Origin: a bacterium
Lineage (GTDB): Bacteria > Zhuqueibacterota > Zhuqueibacteria > Oceanimicrobiales > Oceanimicrobiaceae
Length of the DNA: 18,194 bases
Direction: 5' to 3'
Assembly: GCA_046757025.1 (NCBI GenBank)
Contig: JBHHXN010000109.1
Coordinates: 1 to 18,194 of the forward strand
Made by a program: the position numbers and the translations under genes. Numbering within the stretch: the stretch's first letter is position 1; every line of letters starts with the position of its first letter. The notes under the pieces are model-generated. The model worked only from the letters and a program-made list of their open reading frames with translations. It did not search any database and was not told where the DNA came from. Positions 16,401 to 18,194 of the stretch are shown piece by piece.

Positions 16401-16716
16401 TGGTCATGGGTTTGGAAAGCATTACCTGATCGAGCCGGGCTTTTTCTTCTGCTTTGCGAAAATCACCGGCTACAAAGATCACCAGAATCGCCTGCAGGTA
16501 GCTGAAAATGTACAGAGCCAGATAGGCGTCGGTGCCTTCCAGCAAAAATTCCCCCGGAATATCATCCGCGAGAATTGTGGCTACGGTCGTTCCGATTAAA
16601 AATAAAAGTATCATGCCGATTCCGATACACGCCAGAATCCAGAATTTGGCAGTTCGGTAGAGCATGGTCCGCTCTACCGCGGCAATGGTTAAAATAAAGC
16701 GAATGGAGTTGCGCAT
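13417..16716 (-). CDS. ABC-2 permease / M1 aminopeptidase-like / golvesin-like C-terminal domain fusion protein
   Basis: The N-terminal ~280 aa have ~7 TM with an ABC-2 motif (EEKARLDQVMLSKPMT...LGKYLG). The middle has M1-like motifs (HYDF, FSLNSGL.V, WYPV, YPYEKLVVVEVP, YKAPPVLQMM, FFRQWF). The C-terminus has ARW...GEYE...GWYPLGRYYF...IADAIRW, typical of golvesin/CBD-like beta-sandwiches. Confidence 0.82.
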   Translation of the reverse strand: MRNSIRFILTIAAVERTMLYRTAKFWILACIGIGMILLFLIGTTVATILADDIPGEFLLEGTDAYLALYIFSYLQAILVIFVAGDFRKAEEKARLDQVMLSKPMTTANWVLGKYLGVVSALLYLNIFLMLLATAGRIMKMIFTDTGFNVLPFIEYFVVATVPAILFMTALVFFLVSLLRVQFMAIILAGGYVASIWFYFHHKFSGLLDYAGFFAPLFWSDLIGFGDIRIVLWQRLFFVLLALSLLGFSVLLYPRLRQSVWSHRLTQVLAFSFLFAATGVGYGLVQQSKKIMAARQTDLAFQKDWRAKPACRVSHYDFYIKFSDERDPLQVTAKMAVTNPHNQPLAELVFSLNSGLRVQQVRWHDGQAISHVHSNQLLQLDMADRPLPPNSVDTMVVVYAGKIDADGFMLDRLPDQKGLIDKTNGPWTQGNISAWLSRDFAVLPAQCGWYPVPGAAAGYDFAAENSKNFTTAVVLVQTQPDLSVITQGTKVSETESGAKKVWRFEVTTPVPGFSLNIGKYKRLAHSFKHMEIQLYFREKHLLDYEEFADVADTCFEAVDRIFDLFEEVTGAIYPYEKLVVVEVPLQMQVYPTRHGLNNILQQPGVIWIDEVTVASKRIAKVIESKTKRARKRGRDDSPKKIKRDVFIELVLDIFLSDRLWRRDSTLISPIPNYLHFQLDFADPVLRRGLELQLYESCERKIRDLFYPDRWNAALSSFDRMRQNEWRWATRRRYHVEIDTIIVKLSKWPLTSLRPETDGNVYRACVDYKAPPVLQMMQERIGENNYLQALKKLLKEKRYQRVSREDFLRTVQSAASVDVQDFFRQWFDQATFPGYRITKAEAEKLDTGKMKIVYQVTARVQNGERGDGFVRLVCETKNDKIRRNLPLGSYEEKEILLALTDLPKTIEVVPYFSRNRGKIKKQITLANRIKRETPRDTVLTVQSVTDSMFFVLDDQDDGFFTPVNPETKYLRPPSKGKSWWENTNPFAYGKYYFGWRMKRAGDGDYPARWETRVPRDGEYELSFYFNAGESWVKRNLSQTFQMNITSADGKFPYEFQPQETVDGWYPLGRYYFTQNKPAVVELEDVGKGFLIADAIRWEYVP

Positions 16717-16827
16717 TTATTCTTGATTCCGAACTTTATTGACAAATTCGTAAAACAACCGTGGGTAGACAAATTATCGAAACGGATAGCGTTTTTCGTT
16801 CTTTATTTCTCAAAATATTTCAACATT

Positions 16828-17745
16828 TCATCTCGGTCCACTTTCAACCAGAGCCGGCTCCTCTTCCACGCGTTCTCCGGCTTCCTGCGCCATGAAAAAC
16901 ATGTAAGCATCTTCCAGATTGGGCGGCATGCTTTGCATGTTGAATTGCGGCATGGGCTCGCCCACCACGCGCAAAAGTACATGGCGTTCTTTGGAGATGG
17001 ATGAAATAATCTGCATCTGTTCCGCAATGGATTGAAAATCCGATTCATCGCATTCCACCCGCCAGACTTTGCCGCCAGCTTTCTGAATCAGCTCCTGTGG
17101 ATGACCGCGATAAATCACGCTGCCGTTTGAAAGCAGCGCCAGGTCCTTGCAGGTGCTGGAAATGTCCCCGACGATATGGGTGCTCAAAATGATGATTTTG
17201 TCCCGACTGATTTCTGTGAGCAAATTGCGAAAGCGGATGCGCTCTTCCGGATCCAGCCCGACAGTGGGCTCGTCGATGATGAGCAGCTCGGGATCGTTGA
17301 TCAAGGCCTGTGCAATCCCCAGGCGTCTCAGCATGCCGCCCGAGTAGGTTTTTACTTTGCGGTCGCCCGCTTCCAACAGTCCCACATTCGCCAAGGTCTC
17401 CTGCACCCGCTGCTTCAAATTTTGCGGTGGATGCGGGCTGAGTTTTGTGACGTAGGTCAAAAATTCCAGGCCCGTGAGACGCGGGTACACCCCGAAAAAT
17501 TGAGGCAAGTAACCCAGACAGGCGCGTATTTGTTTACGCTGAGTTTGAATCGACTGTCCGTTCAACAGAACTTCACCTGAGGTTAGAACTTCCAGACAGG
17601 CTAATATTTTCATGAGGGTGCTTTTACCGGCCCCGTTGGGACCGAGCAAGCCAAACATGCCGGAGGAGATGTCCAAATTCACGTTTTTCAGCGCTTGAAC
17701 GCCGCCAGCGTACGTTTTACAAAGCTCATGGATGACAATTTGCAT
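16828..17745 (-). CDS. ABC transporter ATP-binding protein (DrrA-like)
   Basis: Walker A GPNGAGKST, GYLPQ, YSGGM, LLIIDEP, STH and C-terminal PNLEDAY. Confidence 0.97.
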   Translation of the reverse strand: MQIVIHELCKTYAGGVQALKNVNLDISSGMFGLLGPNGAGKSTLMKILACLEVLTSGEVLLNGQSIQTQRKQIRACLGYLPQFFGVYPRLTGLEFLTYVTKLSPHPPQNLKQRVQETLANVGLLEAGDRKVKTYSGGMLRRLGIAQALINDPELLIIDEPTVGLDPEERIRFRNLLTEISRDKIIILSTHIVGDISSTCKDLALLSNGSVIYRGHPQELIQKAGGKVWRVECDESDFQSIAEQMQIISSISKERHVLLRVVGEPMPQFNMQSMPPNLEDAYMFFMAQEAGERVEEEPALVESGPR

Positions 17746-17802
17746 GTTTTAATTTACTCTTTTCTGCGCCGGTTGTTGCCCTGAAAATGTGAAAAAACAC
17801 AA

Positions 17803-17830
17803 AAATTACACATTCATTTTGACAAATCAA
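17803..17830 (-). promoter_or_regulatory. Candidate sigma70-type promoter for the operon
   Basis: Minus strand TTGATT-16 nt-TAATTT, with TGTG immediately before the -10, ~57 nt upstream of the ABC ATPase start. Weak match in AT-rich DNA. Confidence 0.3.
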
Positions 17831-17986
17831 GGATAAAATTGTTGCAAATATTTTAGATACTCAATCAGACAAAAGATCTCAGATAATGAATATTAATTGG
17901 ATTGTCTGATCGTGAGTGTCCGGTCAGGAAAATAAAGAAAAGAATTTCAACTCTTGAAAAAAAGTATTTATCCTGAATAATTCATA

Positions 17987-18122
17987 GCCACGAAGTCATA
18001 AAGACACAAAGTGTTGTAAATATTGAGTAAAAAAGAAATCAATGAATAAACTAACAAAACCCGGTTTTAACTTCAAGTTTGTTGTAGGTTGTTTATTCGT
18101 AGTGACTTAGTGCCTTTGTGGC
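17987..18122. repeat. Inverted pair of 8-bp-period CACNAAGN arrays enclosing further inverted repeats
   Basis: GCCACGAAGTCATAAAGACACAAAG (17987-18011) matches the reverse complement of 18098-18122 (GCCACAAAGGCACTAAGTCACTACG) at 18/25 positions. Inner GAATAAAC (18044-18051) and GTTTATTC (18091-18098) are perfect inverted copies. Confidence 0.75.
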
Positions 18123-18194
18123 AAAAGGTTATAGTCTTCCTTCAGAACTTTTGCATTTTTTTGCCAAGAAAAATAAAAATCGAAAACCGGAAAC

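Noticed and set aside
1568..17580. Numerous plus-strand ORFs (e.g. 1568..2224, 5480..6145, 9160..9990, 13501..13986) and short alternative-frame minus ORFs
   Set aside because: They are antisense or out-of-frame shadows of well-supported transporter genes and have no recognisable motifs.
17864..17910. ATCAGACAA-N29-TTGTCTGAT inverted repeat as an operator
   Set aside because: The 9-bp match is real, but the spacing is too long for a typical dimeric regulator site and no regulator is in the window, so function is unsupported.

Overview
Most of this window (814..17745) is a seven-gene, minus-strand transport operon. In transcription order it encodes an ABC ATPase, a large ABC-2 permease/M1-aminopeptidase-like/golvesin-like fusion with no zinc motif, a TolC-family outer-membrane channel, an RND adaptor lipoprotein, an AcrB-like RND permease, a 1582-aa RND permease fused to an ABC ATPase domain, and a small ABC-2 permease. 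The most striking feature is the RND-ABC fusion: its nucleotide-binding domain appears split at the A-loop by a ~200-aa membrane-spanning insert, which suggests a hybrid ATP/RND trans-envelope machine. The AT-rich intergenic spaces hold several distinct palindromic or inverted-repeat elements. One of them flanks a decayed GIY-YIG nuclease gene, missed by the ORF track, that is interrupted by a 56-bp attC-like hairpin inserted at a G^TT site. The left end carries the start of an IS3-family element and a small secreted 6-cysteine protein convergent with the operon. The TolC and lipoprotein adaptor indicate a diderm bacterium. All calls come from motif reading by eye; no database searches were run.
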